IMG/VR virus record: IMGVR_UViG_3300006945_000001
Span: 1 to 53,424 of that record
Length of the DNA: 53,424 bases
Reading direction: 5' to 3' (one strand)
Source: a virus
Lineage: Duplodnaviria; Caudoviricetes
Of this stretch, positions 17,385 to 25,864 are shown one piece after another. A program made the position numbers and the translations under genes. Position 1 is the stretch's first letter. The number at the start of each line of letters is the position of its first letter. The notes beneath the pieces are model-generated. The model was not told the origin of the DNA. It did no database searches and worked only from the letters and a program-made list of their open reading frames with translations.

Positions 17385-19969
17385 CGTATCCCCCTGCCCA
17401 GCGCGTTGTTCACCGACTTGCGGTTGTTCTCCAGTGTCCGCACGATGACCCGCGACCACATCGGGCTGGCCTCCAGCTTCTTCAGCACAAGCTCTGGTTC
17501 TAGGCCAATCGTCAGATCGGCGCTGCCATTGCCGCCGCCCGTGCCGCCCACTTCTACCAGGCCGCCCTCGGCGAAGCCCCGGACGCCGCGACGCCGCAAG
17601 ACAAGAGAGCCGTCAGCGTTCAGTTCGCTCAGGAATTCCAGTACTCCCGGCTGGCGGACCACGGCGGCGCGCACCACGAACTCGTGGTCGCTCAGCCGCG
17701 CCGGGATGCTGTCGCTGGTGCCTGTGCCCGGCCCGCGAATCAGGCCCCCGCCCGCCGCCTTCACGACGCCGCCCTGCGAGAACAAGCCGAAACCGCCGAA
17801 CGCGCCCAGCAGCTTCTGGATCGCGAGATTCGCCAGCATTTGCGCGGCAATCTGGCGCAGGCTGTCCACGACCGAGAGCGCCAGCTGGCGCATGGCGTCC
17901 CCGAAACTCTCCGCGTTCTCGATGCCCTGGGTGAAGAAGTTCTGAAGGCTGCTGGTAAGCGCCTGCTCGACGCTGCCCTTGAACTGCGCCATCTCCTGCG
18001 CGGCGCGGTTGCTGCTGACGGCCAGCGCTTCAATGGACTGCGCGAACTCGCGGGCCTGGGCAATCTTCTCCGGGTCGCCCGTAGCCTCAGCCGCTGCGAG
18101 CAACTGCTGGGCAATCTGCCTCAGCAGCGGCAGGCGCTCACGCTCCAAGGCCACTATCTGCTGCTCGCCCTGGAACTGGAACAGGATGCCTTGTTGCACC
18201 TGAAGCTCGACGTCGCGGCGGTCGGCCTCGATCTGGGCAAGGGCCTGACGCCCTTGGGTCAGCACTTCATCGAAGTTGATCTGCGCTTCGCCAGCGGCGC
18301 GGAACTCCTGCACACGGCGCGCGCTCTCGGCGTCAGCCACGCCTTGCTTGCGGAGAATTTCGTCCAGCTTCCACGCTTCTTCGTCCAGGGCAGCGCGGGC
18401 CGCCGCGAAGCGGTTGCCCTGCATCTCGGCCAGCTTGACCTCGAAGGCGGTCTGCTCCTTTTGCAAGCCCCGCGCGGCCTTGCGTTTCTCGGCAGCCAGG
18501 TCCGCGAGCTGTTCCTGAAGCTCGATGCGCCGGATGGCGATCTGATTCTCGATCTCGGCGATGTTCTTCTGCCGGTCGGTTTCCGTTTCGGTTTTCGCCA
18601 GCGGCCGTGCGTGCTCGAACTGAAGCCGCTTCTCCAGTACCTCGATCTCCTTCTCCGCTTCCTGCTCGATGATTGAGCGACGATTGGCGAAGAACTCTTG
18701 CAGGCCGATCAGCCCTTCCTCAAACCGGCGCTTTTCCTCAGCCGTCTGCGCCTTCAGGTTGGCCTTCAGCAGGTTGAGCTCATTCTCCAGCAGTTGTTCC
18801 TGTAAGGCGCGCTCGGCTTTTGCGTTGCGCTCGCAGTCTTGCAGGTTGGCGCTGGTTTCCCGCTTGCGAATGCGCCGCCGCTGGGCGGATTGCTCGCGGT
18901 TCTGGCCGTCGAGCGCCTGGAAGATCCGCGTGACGCGTTCTTCGATCTTCCTGTCCAGGTCGTCGGCGTCCGTGACGATGCCGTTCTTGAAGTCTTCCCA
19001 GCCCTGCCGGATATTGCCTTGCAGGACGTTGCCAACCAGCCTGCCGCCATGCACGATCAGCGCAGTCGTGCGGCCCACGATCTTCACCAAGCCAGCGCCT
19101 ACGGCCGTCAGCAGTACGATGATGCTTTTCAGCACCTTGCCCGCGAAGTCACCTAGCGTGCGGAAGGCGTTGACGGCGTCTCCGCTGGCCGCTTCCACCA
19201 GCGAATCAGCTACGTCTGCCAGGGCAGGAGCGAAGCCCGCCGTGAATTGCGTGGCGATCCCCTCAGCGGAACTCTGCAAGTCCGTCATGGCATCGTTCGC
19301 GCGTTGTGCGGCGTCGACCAACTCGCGGTTCACGACCAGGCCCAGCTTCTCGGCCTTGAGGCGCAGCTTTTCAAACCCGCCATCGGCCAGATCGTCAATC
19401 AGCGGCAGGAGCTCAGCGCCCTGCTTGCCGAAGAACTCCATCGCCAGGCCGGTGCGCTTTGCGCCGGGCTCCAGCTTGGCCAATGCGTCCACGACCTTGA
19501 GAAAGCGCGTGTCCTGGTCGAGCCCTTCGAGCGCTTTGCTCGTGCCGAACAATTGCTCGACAGCATCGCGGGCGCTGCGCAGGCCCTGGTCGTAGTCATC
19601 GGTCACCTTCGTGAACTTGACGAGCGTCGCGCGAAGCTGCTCCTGGTCGAGATCGGCGGTTCGGGCCGCGAAGGAGAGCGTGCTGAGAGTTTTTACGGTG
19701 AGGCCGGTTTTCTGTTCGAGTTTTCCCAGCGCGTCGGCATTTTCCAGAGCGCGCTTGGTGAGCACCGTCGCGCCAGCAGCGACGGCGGCAAAGCTCAGCG
19801 TGGGCAGCAATCGGCCCAGGGCGGCAGCCTGGCCGGTCAGGAAATTCAGGGCGCGCCCGGCACCTCTGCCGGACTTCTCGGCTTCCACCTGAATCCGCTT
19901 GAAGGCGTTGACGACTTCCTGCACGCCTTCGGCGCTGAGCCTTACCCGTACATCGGGCGCTTGAGCCAT
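17381..19969 (-). CDS. Tail tape measure protein
   Basis: 862 aa Ala/Glu-rich helical protein; C-terminal GPGTGTSDSIPARLSDHEFVV; follows the chaperones. Confidence 0.92.
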   Translation of the reverse strand: MAQAPDVRVRLSAEGVQEVVNAFKRIQVEAEKSGRGAGRALNFLTGQAAALGRLLPTLSFAAVAAGATVLTKRALENADALGKLEQKTGLTVKTLSTLSFAARTADLDQEQLRATLVKFTKVTDDYDQGLRSARDAVEQLFGTSKALEGLDQDTRFLKVVDALAKLEPGAKRTGLAMEFFGKQGAELLPLIDDLADGGFEKLRLKAEKLGLVVNRELVDAAQRANDAMTDLQSSAEGIATQFTAGFAPALADVADSLVEAASGDAVNAFRTLGDFAGKVLKSIIVLLTAVGAGLVKIVGRTTALIVHGGRLVGNVLQGNIRQGWEDFKNGIVTDADDLDRKIEERVTRIFQALDGQNREQSAQRRRIRKRETSANLQDCERNAKAERALQEQLLENELNLLKANLKAQTAEEKRRFEEGLIGLQEFFANRRSIIEQEAEKEIEVLEKRLQFEHARPLAKTETETDRQKNIAEIENQIAIRRIELQEQLADLAAEKRKAARGLQKEQTAFEVKLAEMQGNRFAAARAALDEEAWKLDEILRKQGVADAESARRVQEFRAAGEAQINFDEVLTQGRQALAQIEADRRDVELQVQQGILFQFQGEQQIVALERERLPLLRQIAQQLLAAAEATGDPEKIAQAREFAQSIEALAVSSNRAAQEMAQFKGSVEQALTSSLQNFFTQGIENAESFGDAMRQLALSVVDSLRQIAAQMLANLAIQKLLGAFGGFGLFSQGGVVKAAGGGLIRGPGTGTSDSIPARLSDHEFVVRAAVVRQPGVLEFLSELNADGSLVLRRRGVRGFAEGGLVEVGGTGGGNGSADLTIGLEPELVLKKLEASPMWSRVIVRTLENNRKSVNNALGRGIR

Positions 19970-19972
19970 CGA

Positions 19973-20326
19973 CTACTCCTTCAGGATTGCCGGTAACTCC
20001 GGGGTCCTCTTGCGTTTCGTCGCGCCAGTGGCGGCCAGAACCGCCCACGCCAGATACTCGACGTGGTAGTCGCGGCGCGCGTCCTCGCGCAGCTTGTTCT
20101 CGTAGGCGGCCAGGGCTTCGGCCAGCGGCCAGCGCGTGATCTCGGCGTAGCGGGACACGTCATAGCCCGCCAGCTCGCGCACCAGCTGGCCCCATTCGCC
20201 GTAGTCATTCAGTAGGGCGGCACGGGCACGAACGCGGGCGGCTGCGGCTGCTCGGGCTGGGGCTGGCTTCCCGCTGTCGAAACAGTGACGGAATTGGCGT
20301 AGGAGCGCAGCCCGGCCTCTAAAAAA
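19973..20326 (-). CDS. Tail assembly chaperone frameshift extension (gpT-like), read by -1 frameshift
   Basis: The -1 frame is open from the slippery site at 20320-20326 into ORF 19973-20182 (..LLNDYGEWGQLVRELAGYD..). Confidence 0.8.
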   Translation of the reverse strand, partial: FFRGRAALLRQFRHCFDSGKPAPARAAAAARVRARAALLNDYGEWGQLVRELAGYDVSRYAEITRWPLAEALAAYENKLREDARRDYHVEYLAWAVLAATGATKRKRTPELPAILKE

Positions 20327-20667
20327 CCTGTGAGCAGCGAGATGATGGCACTCGTGACAGCGGCCTTGTCCTCATCGGCTGACAGGGAGCGCATAATGGC
20401 GGCTGTCTGCTCAGCGCGCTCGGGCGACCAGTGCTCATCGGGCACGCCGTCCGGCAGCAGCATTCCGCCCAGAAGCGTGAAAGCTCTGCCGCTGCCAATC
20501 ACTTCATGCAGCAGCCGCACGGCGAACTCCTCCGGCTTCTCGCCGGGTCGCAAGCGCACAGCGTCCAGGCCGGCCTCGCGGATGTGTTTCATCAGCCAGA
20601 AGTCGTGCTCGATGGTGCTGCGCTTCACCGCGCGCCAGTTCTGCCCGCCGATCTGCAGGTAGTCCAT
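20209..20667 (-). CDS. Tail assembly chaperone (gpG-like)
   Basis: Between tail tube and tape measure; contains in-frame GGT TTT TTA. Confidence 0.8.
   Translation of the reverse strand: MDYLQIGGQNWRAVKRSTIEHDFWLMKHIREAGLDAVRLRPGEKPEEFAVRLLHEVIGSGRAFTLLGGMLLPDGVPDEHWSPERAEQTAAIMRSLSADEDKAAVTSAIISLLTGFLEAGLRSYANSVTVSTAGSQPQPEQPQPPAFVPVPPY
20320..20326 (-). other. Programmed -1 frameshift slippery heptamer T TTT TTA
   Basis: X XXY YYZ heptamer in the correct phase, standing out in GC-rich coding DNA. Confidence 0.8.
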
Positions 20668-20682
20668 CCATCCCCTCCTGTG

Positions 20683-20709
20683 AAAAGGGAAGCGGCTCTA
20701 CCGCTCCCC
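20683..20709 (-). terminator. Intrinsic terminator/attenuator after the tail tube gene
   Basis: GGGGAGCGG-TAGAG-CCGCTTCCC-TTTT (9-bp stem, one G-U pair). Confidence 0.6.
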
Positions 20710-20735
20710 CGGCGTCCAGGTTGCGGATCGCCCGT

Positions 20736-21512
20736 TTACAACTTCCGCGCCACGAAGAACTGCTCGCCCGCAGGCTTCGCCGTGTCCTTCTGCGCCTTGC
20801 CGCGCAGGGTGAACGTGCCAAACTCCTCGGAGATGAACTGCAACTCGCCATCCGGATTGAGCGTGAGCTTGTGGATGTCCACTTCCCAGCGTGGGCCGGA
20901 AGCCTGGTTCGTAGCGCTGAAGTACTTCAACCGACCTTCGACCTTGCCGACCGAGAGTCCGCGCACTTGCGTGCTCGTGACGGCTGCGGCGCTGCCGTCC
21001 CACGTGGTCACGGCCTCGGTGAACGCGCCGCCCGACTTGATCTTGACGAGCCCAAGCTCGGTGTTGAGCTCGTAGTCCGTGCCCAGCACGCCCGTGGTCA
21101 CGCCCTGCTTCACGGCAGTGACGGTCACCTGCTTGAAGCCCAAGTAGTACCAGCGGTCGAATTTGAGCGCCGAGCCGCCGTTGATCTGGCGGCCCGTGGA
21201 TGAGCTGGACGACGCCTGAGAGAACGTGGCCGTGTCGCCCATCAGCGCCAGAGCCAGGTTCTCCGGGTCATACTCGCTGAGCACCATCGAGACTTCGGCT
21301 TCGCTGCCGATCACGGCCTCTTTGTAGATGCCGCGCGCGCCGTCCATCGAAGATTTCTTCTGGACGGTCTCCACGGTGGTCGTGATGGCCAGCGATTCGA
21401 CGTTGCCCAGATGACGGTAGCCCGTTGGGTTGCCGTTCGCGTCGAAGCGGTCAAACAGCACCTCGCCCGCGCCGAGCGAAAGATTTCCTGCATCCGGTGT
21501 AGGCATTTGCAC
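20736..21512 (-). CDS. Major tail tube protein
   Basis: LGAGEVLFDRF...RHLGNVESL, LNPDGELQFISEEF; strong GGAGGT SD. Confidence 0.85.
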   Translation of the reverse strand: MQMPTPDAGNLSLGAGEVLFDRFDANGNPTGYRHLGNVESLAITTTVETVQKKSSMDGARGIYKEAVIGSEAEVSMVLSEYDPENLALALMGDTATFSQASSSSSTGRQINGGSALKFDRWYYLGFKQVTVTAVKQGVTTGVLGTDYELNTELGLVKIKSGGAFTEAVTTWDGSAAAVTSTQVRGLSVGKVEGRLKYFSATNQASGPRWEVDIHKLTLNPDGELQFISEEFGTFTLRGKAQKDTAKPAGEQFFVARKL

Positions 21513-21532
21513 TTACCTCCAAGAGATTTGTC

Positions 21533-22174
21533 CTACCGCGACAGCGCCACGCCGATGGCGATGCCCAAGCCCACTTTGCCCAGCGTGCTGAAGAACCGCT
21601 TCACCTTGCCGCCGCCCTTGGCGGCCTTCTCCCACCGCGCGGCCTTTTCTTCGGCGGCCTTGGCCTTCTGCTCAGCCGCCTGAATCTGTGCACGCAGATC
21701 GGCAGTGTCCTGCTCGCACTTGCCCAGCGCGGCCTGGTCCTGGCGGCACTGCACAAGCTCGCGCGCAATCTCGACCGTCGTCTGCTCGGACATGACGCTG
21801 TACTTGGGCGCATCCGGCAGTTGCTCGGCCACCGCAGGCGTCAACTCCTCGCGCTTCAGTTCGGCAACGGCGCCTTCTGCCTGGGGCACGTATCTCTCGA
21901 TTACTCGAACGGCTTGGGCTTGAGTCTTGATTTCGCGCTTCTCCCGCTCCCAGGCCGCCCGCTCGCGCTGCCACTGCTTCTCGCGCCGCTCGATCCGCCG
22001 CTGGGCCTCGTCAATCAGCCTCTGTTTCGCCGCGATCACCTGATCTTTAGCTTGGGCGTAGGTCTCGGCCTCTGCTGTTAGCTTCACCTGCTGGACGTAC
22101 AAGTACGCAAAGACCGCGCCCAGCAGCAGGAGGACGCCGACGGCGACGGCCAGCAGTTTTTCGGTCAGCGTCAC
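21533..22174 (-). CDS. Membrane-anchored coiled-coil protein, spanin-like candidate
   Basis: GTG start overlapping the previous stop; N-terminal TM, long coiled coil, hydrophobic C-terminus. Confidence 0.6.
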   Translation of the reverse strand: MTLTEKLLAVAVGVLLLLGAVFAYLYVQQVKLTAEAETYAQAKDQVIAAKQRLIDEAQRRIERREKQWQRERAAWEREKREIKTQAQAVRVIERYVPQAEGAVAELKREELTPAVAEQLPDAPKYSVMSEQTTVEIARELVQCRQDQAALGKCEQDTADLRAQIQAAEQKAKAAEEKAARWEKAAKGGGKVKRFFSTLGKVGLGIAIGVALSR

Positions 22175-22614
22175 GACTTGTTCTCCAGGTTGAACCGGCT
22201 GGTGCTGTAGCGCACGACGAAGTCCACGGCGGCCACGCTGTAATCCGCGTCGGTTGCGTCGTCCGCGTCCCAGTCCGTGGATTCCTCGACGATCTCCAGC
22301 GCCAGCCCGCCCAAGCTCTGATCGGTCATGAGCGACTGCACGGCCCACTTGCGCAGCGCGTCGTTGTCCTGGTCGTCGCCCACGACGCGGCATTTCACCT
22401 CGACGCGCAGCCTGCGCTCGACCAGCGGACTGCGCCGTTGGTCGGTTGCGCGGGTGACTTCTTCGCGGATCGGGTACACGCTGATCATGGGCAGCTGCGA
22501 TTTCTCGACGGACTGCCGTCGCGACCGATTCACCGTCACGCCCGCTGGCTTGCCCGCGCCGTCGAGCGCCGCCACAACCGCCTGAAGTACCCGTTCCGTG
22601 TAGGAATCAGCCAC
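22171..22614 (-). CDS. Tail terminator/completion protein (gpU-like)
   Basis: 147 aa; LPMISVYP...E, DQSLGGLA; position after the head-tail joining gene. Confidence 0.7.
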   Translation of the reverse strand: MADSYTERVLQAVVAALDGAGKPAGVTVNRSRRQSVEKSQLPMISVYPIREEVTRATDQRRSPLVERRLRVEVKCRVVGDDQDNDALRKWAVQSLMTDQSLGGLALEIVEESTDWDADDATDADYSVAAVDFVVRYSTSRFNLENKS

Positions 22615-22616
22615 GC

Positions 22617-22913
22617 CTACACCTTCCTCAAAAGAAGCTCCGTGATTGCGCCGTCGCCTTGGCGCAACCTGCGCCAGACGGTGTAGCTCACGCCGTCCAC
22701 GATGCAGGCGTCGTCGTTCGCCACGTTCGGGAAGTCACTGGTTTTGATCGTAGCCACGGCCACGCGCATGATCTGGCCCGCGCCGCCGTCTTGCTCCAAG
22801 GCGATCTCGTCGCGCTCGTCGAACAGGCACGGCTTGGTGACGCCGCCGATGGTGATGCTGTGGCCCCAATCGGCCAGCATCGTGTCTACGTCAGCGTCGC
22901 CGAAATATGCCAT
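22617..22913 (-). CDS. Head-tail joining protein (gpFII-like)
   Basis: 98 aa, beta-rich; VDGVSYTV...GDGAITELLL. Confidence 0.7.
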   Translation of the reverse strand: MAYFGDADVDTMLADWGHSITIGGVTKPCLFDERDEIALEQDGGAGQIMRVAVATIKTSDFPNVANDDACIVDGVSYTVWRRLRQGDGAITELLLRKV

Positions 22914-22919
22914 CCCCCC

Positions 22920-23111
22920 TCACTGCCTGCTCTGGTTCTTGTCCTTGCCTCCGGCTTCCTGTTCTTCTTCGTCTTCGACCGGAGACAAGACGCCGCCCAG
23001 GTAAGGCTCGGCTTCTTCCGGGCGCAGCCGGATGGTTTCGCCGGGCAGCACTGTCTTGCCCTTGTGCCCTTCGAGCACCCAGTTCGCCCGGTACAGCTTC
23101 TCTCCTGCCAT
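22920..23111 (-). CDS. Small capsid-adjacent protein
   Basis: AGGAGGAG SD then ATG 23111; HKGKTVLPGETIRL. Confidence 0.65.
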   Translation of the reverse strand: MAGEKLYRANWVLEGHKGKTVLPGETIRLRPEEAEPYLGGVLSPVEDEEEQEAGGKDKNQSRQ

Positions 23112-23142
23112 CAGTGCTCCTCCTTCAAGTGTCGGTTGCGCC

Positions 23143-24165
23143 TTAGATGACCTGCACGGCCATCGAAGCATTGGGGCGGTACGGCACGATGAGCGGCGCG
23201 GACTGCATCATCAGGAACCGCACCGGCGGGTCTTCGACGAACCAGGACTTGCTGAAGAACTCGCGCGCCTGGAAGCCGGCCTGCTCATCGCGGATGGCCC
23301 CGAAGTGTCGCGTGCCGAGCAGTCCGTTTTGCGCGACCAGGATCACCCAGCCATCCTGAATGATCGCGACTTCAGTACCGGTCTGCGGGTCCACATACCA
23401 GCCGGTGTAAACCCACAGGCGCTTGCCGCCGATGGTGCCCTTGAACTCCAGCCCCTCGACGCTGGCGATGGGAATCTGGAAATTGGCAAGCTGGCCCAGC
23501 TGTGTGTCAATGGCGTTCTGGGCGTCCGCGTTCTCGCGGAATTTCCGCCAGGCCCCGACCGTGAACAAAACGTCGGTAACCGTAGCGCCGCTGGCCTGCG
23601 CGACCGTGAGCGCCCAGTCTTCGAGGTTATTGAGCGGCTTCACGCCGGCGTCACCCCACTTGCTGCCAGCGCCCAGTGTGAGCGTTTGGCCGACGGCACG
23701 ACCAAAGTCCACGACGACGCCGGGAAAGCCTTCGCCCGTAATCGTGGCCTTGCCCGTCCGCAGCACTTCGGCGGCCATGACTTCCAGCCGCCGCGTGAGC
23801 ATCCCCAGCTGGTCTTCGAGCGCCACGGTCAGGTTCGCGCGGGCGCGATCCATGTTGGAGAGGTCGCCGCCGATGCGCTCACCCGCGCGGCGCTTGAGTG
23901 CCTTCGAGGGATCGAACACGCGCTTGTCCTTGATATAGGCGGGCGTGAAGGTGTTGGTCTTGTAGCCTAGGCTCTCGACCACCTTGCCTTCCTTGAGCGG
24001 ATGGACGAACGGAGCGATGCGGCGTTTGCCGTCGGCCACGTCGAACTTGATCTCCTCCTGCTCGGAGGTGACCACGTTCGGGAAGAACATATCGAGCAGG
24101 AACGACGGCGGGCGCAGCAGCGAATCCACGACGCCGTTCAGAAATGCTGTGGTGTAGATGTTCAC
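23143..24165 (-). CDS. Major capsid protein (lambda gpE family)
   Basis: FLLDMFFP, IAPFVHP, PAYIKDK, MQSAPL. Confidence 0.95.
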   Translation of the reverse strand: MNIYTTAFLNGVVDSLLRPPSFLLDMFFPNVVTSEQEEIKFDVADGKRRIAPFVHPLKEGKVVESLGYKTNTFTPAYIKDKRVFDPSKALKRRAGERIGGDLSNMDRARANLTVALEDQLGMLTRRLEVMAAEVLRTGKATITGEGFPGVVVDFGRAVGQTLTLGAGSKWGDAGVKPLNNLEDWALTVAQASGATVTDVLFTVGAWRKFRENADAQNAIDTQLGQLANFQIPIASVEGLEFKGTIGGKRLWVYTGWYVDPQTGTEVAIIQDGWVILVAQNGLLGTRHFGAIRDEQAGFQAREFFSKSWFVEDPPVRFLMMQSAPLIVPYRPNASMAVQVI

Positions 24166-24177
24166 GTTCGCTCCTCC

Positions 24178-24552
24178 TTAGGTGCTCACCGGCTTGTGCA
24201 GGTAGATGTTGAGATCGCGAAGCCCCGCGCGCACGCTGTCGGCGGTGTGCCCGGTGCCGTAGGTGATCGCGGTCTCGCTGAAATCGCCGCTGATGTAGAC
24301 GATTCCGCTTTTGTCTCCTCCCGTAGCGTCCACGTCCTCGGCAAGGATGGCCACGGGAGTCTGCGAGCCGTCGATGGCAGCAGCCAGGCTGAGCACGTAC
24401 TTGCCCGACGCAGTGATCTTGCCGAGCAGCGCCCCGCGCACGAGGTTCTGCCCCGACGCGATGGTCACGTCGAGCGTGCGGATGGGGAAATCGCCCGCGT
24501 GCAGGCGGTCGGGCGTGTAGCTTTCCGTGGTGAATTTCGGTTGCAGGTTCAT
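24178..24552 (-). CDS. Head decoration protein (gpD-like)
   Basis: GQNLVRGALLGKITASGKY, DGSQTPVAILAED. Confidence 0.9.
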   Translation of the reverse strand: MNLQPKFTTESYTPDRLHAGDFPIRTLDVTIASGQNLVRGALLGKITASGKYVLSLAAAIDGSQTPVAILAEDVDATGGDKSGIVYISGDFSETAITYGTGHTADSVRAGLRDLNIYLHKPVST

Positions 24553-24578
24553 TGCGTTCTCCTCTCTCGTATAGCTCG

Positions 24579-24965
24579 CTAGCGAACCAGGCCGGCCTTG
24601 CGGGCCTGCTCCACGGTTGCCGCCGCTTGCTGTTCCTCCGGGGCATCAGCGGGAGCCGGTGCCTCGGCGTGCGGCACGGGCGCGGGCGCATCGGCCCTCA
24701 GGTCAGCCAGAGTCTTCGCGCGCTTCTCCTTCTCAGCGGCCAAGACCTTCACCGCTGCCTCCGGCCCTGTGGTTTTTCCGTCGAACTTCAACTCGGCAAT
24801 CAGGGCCTCATGTCCGGGCACCGCCTGGGCCTCCACGGACTTGATTCGCTCGCGCTCGGCTGTCGAGCCATCGGCCTTGCCACGTTCATAGGCCGCCTGC
24901 TCCAGGGCCTCGATCTCGCTCTTGAGCTCGGCCCGAAACTCAGCGGTCAACGCTTCGCTTTCCAT
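24579..24965 (-). CDS. Capsid scaffolding protein (Nu3-like)
   Basis: AERERIKSVEAQAVPGHEALIAELKFDGKTTGPEAAVKVL; own GAGGAG SD. Confidence 0.7.
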   Translation of the reverse strand: MESEALTAEFRAELKSEIEALEQAAYERGKADGSTAERERIKSVEAQAVPGHEALIAELKFDGKTTGPEAAVKVLAAEKEKRAKTLADLRADAPAPVPHAEAPAPADAPEEQQAAATVEQARKAGLVR

Positions 24966-25864
24966 GCGTTTCTCCTCTCATTCAGGATTTGCCGGGCAAC
25001 CGCCCGCGCTCTTTCATGGGTTCTTTGCTCATGCTCCTGGTTCAGCTGGCGGATCAGATCGGCTTTGGTCGAGACACCGTCTACCAGGCCGGCGTCAATT
25101 GCCTTGCTGCCCAGGAAAATCCGCCCATCGGCCATCTTGTCGAGCACCGTCTCTACGTCCGTGCCGCGATGCCGCGCCACTTCGTTCACGAACACGCTGT
25201 ACACGTGGTCCACCTGCTCCTGAATCGCGGCGCGCGCTTCGTCGCTCAGCGGCCTGTGTTCGCTGGCAATCCGCTTGTACTTCCCGGCGGTGATCTCCGT
25301 CGTCTTCACGCCGCGCATCTCCTCGGCCTTGCTGATGTCGGTGTGCGTGGCCACGACGCCGATGCTGCCCACCTGCGTCGTTTCGCCGGTGATCAGCACG
25401 CGGTCAGCGGCGCTGGCGATCCAGTACGATGCGCTGGCCATCATTCCGTTCCCCAGGGCCACGACCGGCTTCCTGCCGCGTGCATCGCAGATCGCTCGGG
25501 CCAGTTCAAACACGCCGTCCACGTTCCCGCCCGGGCTGTCCACGCTGAGCAGGATCGAGTGCGCGCGGTCGTCGGAAAGCGCGGCCTTGAAGTCGCGCTC
25601 CAGGAGTTGCGTGCTGACGCCGCCGCTCACGCGCGTGAATAGATTCATCCGCTTGGCGATGACGCCCTCTATGGGCAGGACCGCTACGCCATCCACCACC
25701 TCGTAGCCTTGGTGTTCGTTGTTCAGCGGCTGGCCCAGGCGCGCCTCAATGCTGCGCAGGTCAATCTTTTCGCCCCGGAGATGCGTGAAGTAGATTTCGC
25801 GGATCTCCAGCAGCTTCTCCGGCACGATGGCCCAGGGCGCGTTCAGCACGTCAAGCAGCCGCAT
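24947..25864 (-). CDS. Prohead protease, S49 family (gpC-like)
   Basis: DSPGG, MASASYWIAS, VGSIGV, AGKYK. Confidence 0.93.
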   Translation of the reverse strand: MRLLDVLNAPWAIVPEKLLEIREIYFTHLRGEKIDLRSIEARLGQPLNNEHQGYEVVDGVAVLPIEGVIAKRMNLFTRVSGGVSTQLLERDFKAALSDDRAHSILLSVDSPGGNVDGVFELARAICDARGRKPVVALGNGMMASASYWIASAADRVLITGETTQVGSIGVVATHTDISKAEEMRGVKTTEITAGKYKRIASEHRPLSDEARAAIQEQVDHVYSVFVNEVARHRGTDVETVLDKMADGRIFLGSKAIDAGLVDGVSTKADLIRQLNQEHEQRTHERARAVARQILNERRNAWKAKR

